Source: Squalus acanthias (Eukaryota). Taken from it: 64,000 nucleotides of DNA. The position numbers and the translations under genes are program-made. The DNA is taken from positions 82,834,001 through 82,898,000 of the forward strand of contig CM059432.1 in assembly GCA_030390025.1 (NCBI GenBank). Reading direction: 5' to 3'. This document shows positions 62,870 to 64,000 of the stretch, piece by piece. The notes beneath the pieces are model-generated. The model searched no databases, was not told the origin of the DNA, and saw only the letters and a program-made list of their open reading frames with translations. Positions within the stretch are counted from its first letter, which is position 1. The number at the start of each line of letters is the position of its first letter.

Positions 62870-63560
62870 CTTGAGCAGAAATACGACTACAGATTCAAAG
62901 AAAACAACTTTCAAGTGAACAGGGATAGGTATCGTGCTCAGCTAAAAGAAACAAAAGTTGCTATCAGAGCGGTCAAAAGGTCAGTAGAGTTGGTTGCGGA
63001 CAATTATGGTAGGAAAAGTTAAATTTTTTAGATACAGTAGGAGTCAGTGGGCGATAAAGAACTGCTAAAGGATTCTTCAGGGCAGATTCAGGTGGACTTC
63101 CAGGACATGGTGGAGGTTTTAAGTGCATCAATCTTTACTCCTGTACACTGTGTTCAGTTCCCATTCATACAATATGTAGTTGACACAAAAGTTATTAATG
63201 TTAAAGTAAAGATTTAGATGAAGATCTGATGAAGAGAACAAGGGGTTTTAAATCAGATCGAGCTGTTGGTCCAGATGGCATCTACCCGAGATTACTTAAA
63301 GAAATGGAACTGTGCTAAGTGAGCCCCTTGCTCATATATTCAGACCAACTTGACAGAGAAGGGGATATCAGGGACAAAGAACATGGCTTTTGGACAAGAA
63401 CGCCATGTCTTAATAACCTTGTGGAATTCTTTGAGAAGGTTACTAGGTTGATGGATGAAGGTATCACGGTAGACATTATATTTGGACTTTTGATTAAGGT
63501 GTCTCAACAGGTTGCTCTACAAGCCCTACGACAAGGTCTTCCTTCTCTTGACGGGGTACT
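62870..63560 (+). mobile_element. Old CR1-like fragment
   Basis: VGPDGIYPRLLKE and HGFWTRTPCLNNLVEFFEKVT remnants. Confidence 0.65.
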
Positions 63561-64000
63561 GAAAGAAAATAAATCTTTGGGAGGAACTTGCAGCCATAAG
63601 TAAATTGACAGGAATGAGCAAGAGTATCCAACAATATTGGTTTACTCCTGTTGAACTCAATTTTGTTTCCTTCCCTCAGTATTTGAACTATGTACGTTAC
63701 CATCACACTGGCAATTTCTAATACTGATCTCAAACTTTTCAGATCTGCATCTGAATGCACCAAGAACATACAACAGATTGTTGTATTCTGTTGCTCAGCA
63801 ACAACCTGCCCTCTCAGCTCAAAATGGTTTCAAGTTTTATTTTTTCTCTGCATACCAGTGGTGTTTACACTTTTAATCTACTACTTTAGGGAAAAGGGAG
63901 TACAGGGACAATTTATAAACAGTCAGTAACATTTTACTATTGTTCTCTGCTTTTTCAGAAGCCAGTTTCTGAACACCCTCATATGCTTAAAAATGTGAAG

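Overview
Vertebrate genomic DNA, most likely from a cartilaginous fish (shark), judged from the DeuSINE/SacSINE1-like SINEs, CR1/L2/RTE LINEs and two-gene Harbinger elements. The minus strand carries the 3' half of the nuclear receptor coactivator gene NCOA2 (TIF2/GRIP1/SRC-2). It has 11 coding exons from 58563 down to the KYC* stop at 13135, all with GT-AG boundaries and consistent phases, followed by a ~5.2 kb transposon-free 3'UTR ending near 7900. The 5' exons lie beyond the window end. Introns and the downstream region are packed with CR1, L2 and RTE LINEs, several SINE families (one LF-SINE-like), two near-complete PIF/Harbinger transposons and MITEs. The most notable observation lies just after the stop codon: the 3'UTR holds a decayed copy of the NCOA1 SRC-1a alternative C-terminus (VQQVHVFADVQC...LLQELLTE*), including its terminal LXXLL box. 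Other observations are an NCOA1-like 69-aa in-frame exon extension, a degenerate motif array in the 3'UTR and a twin-primed RTE insertion. Comparisons to human paralogues and repeat consensuses are from recall, not from database searches.
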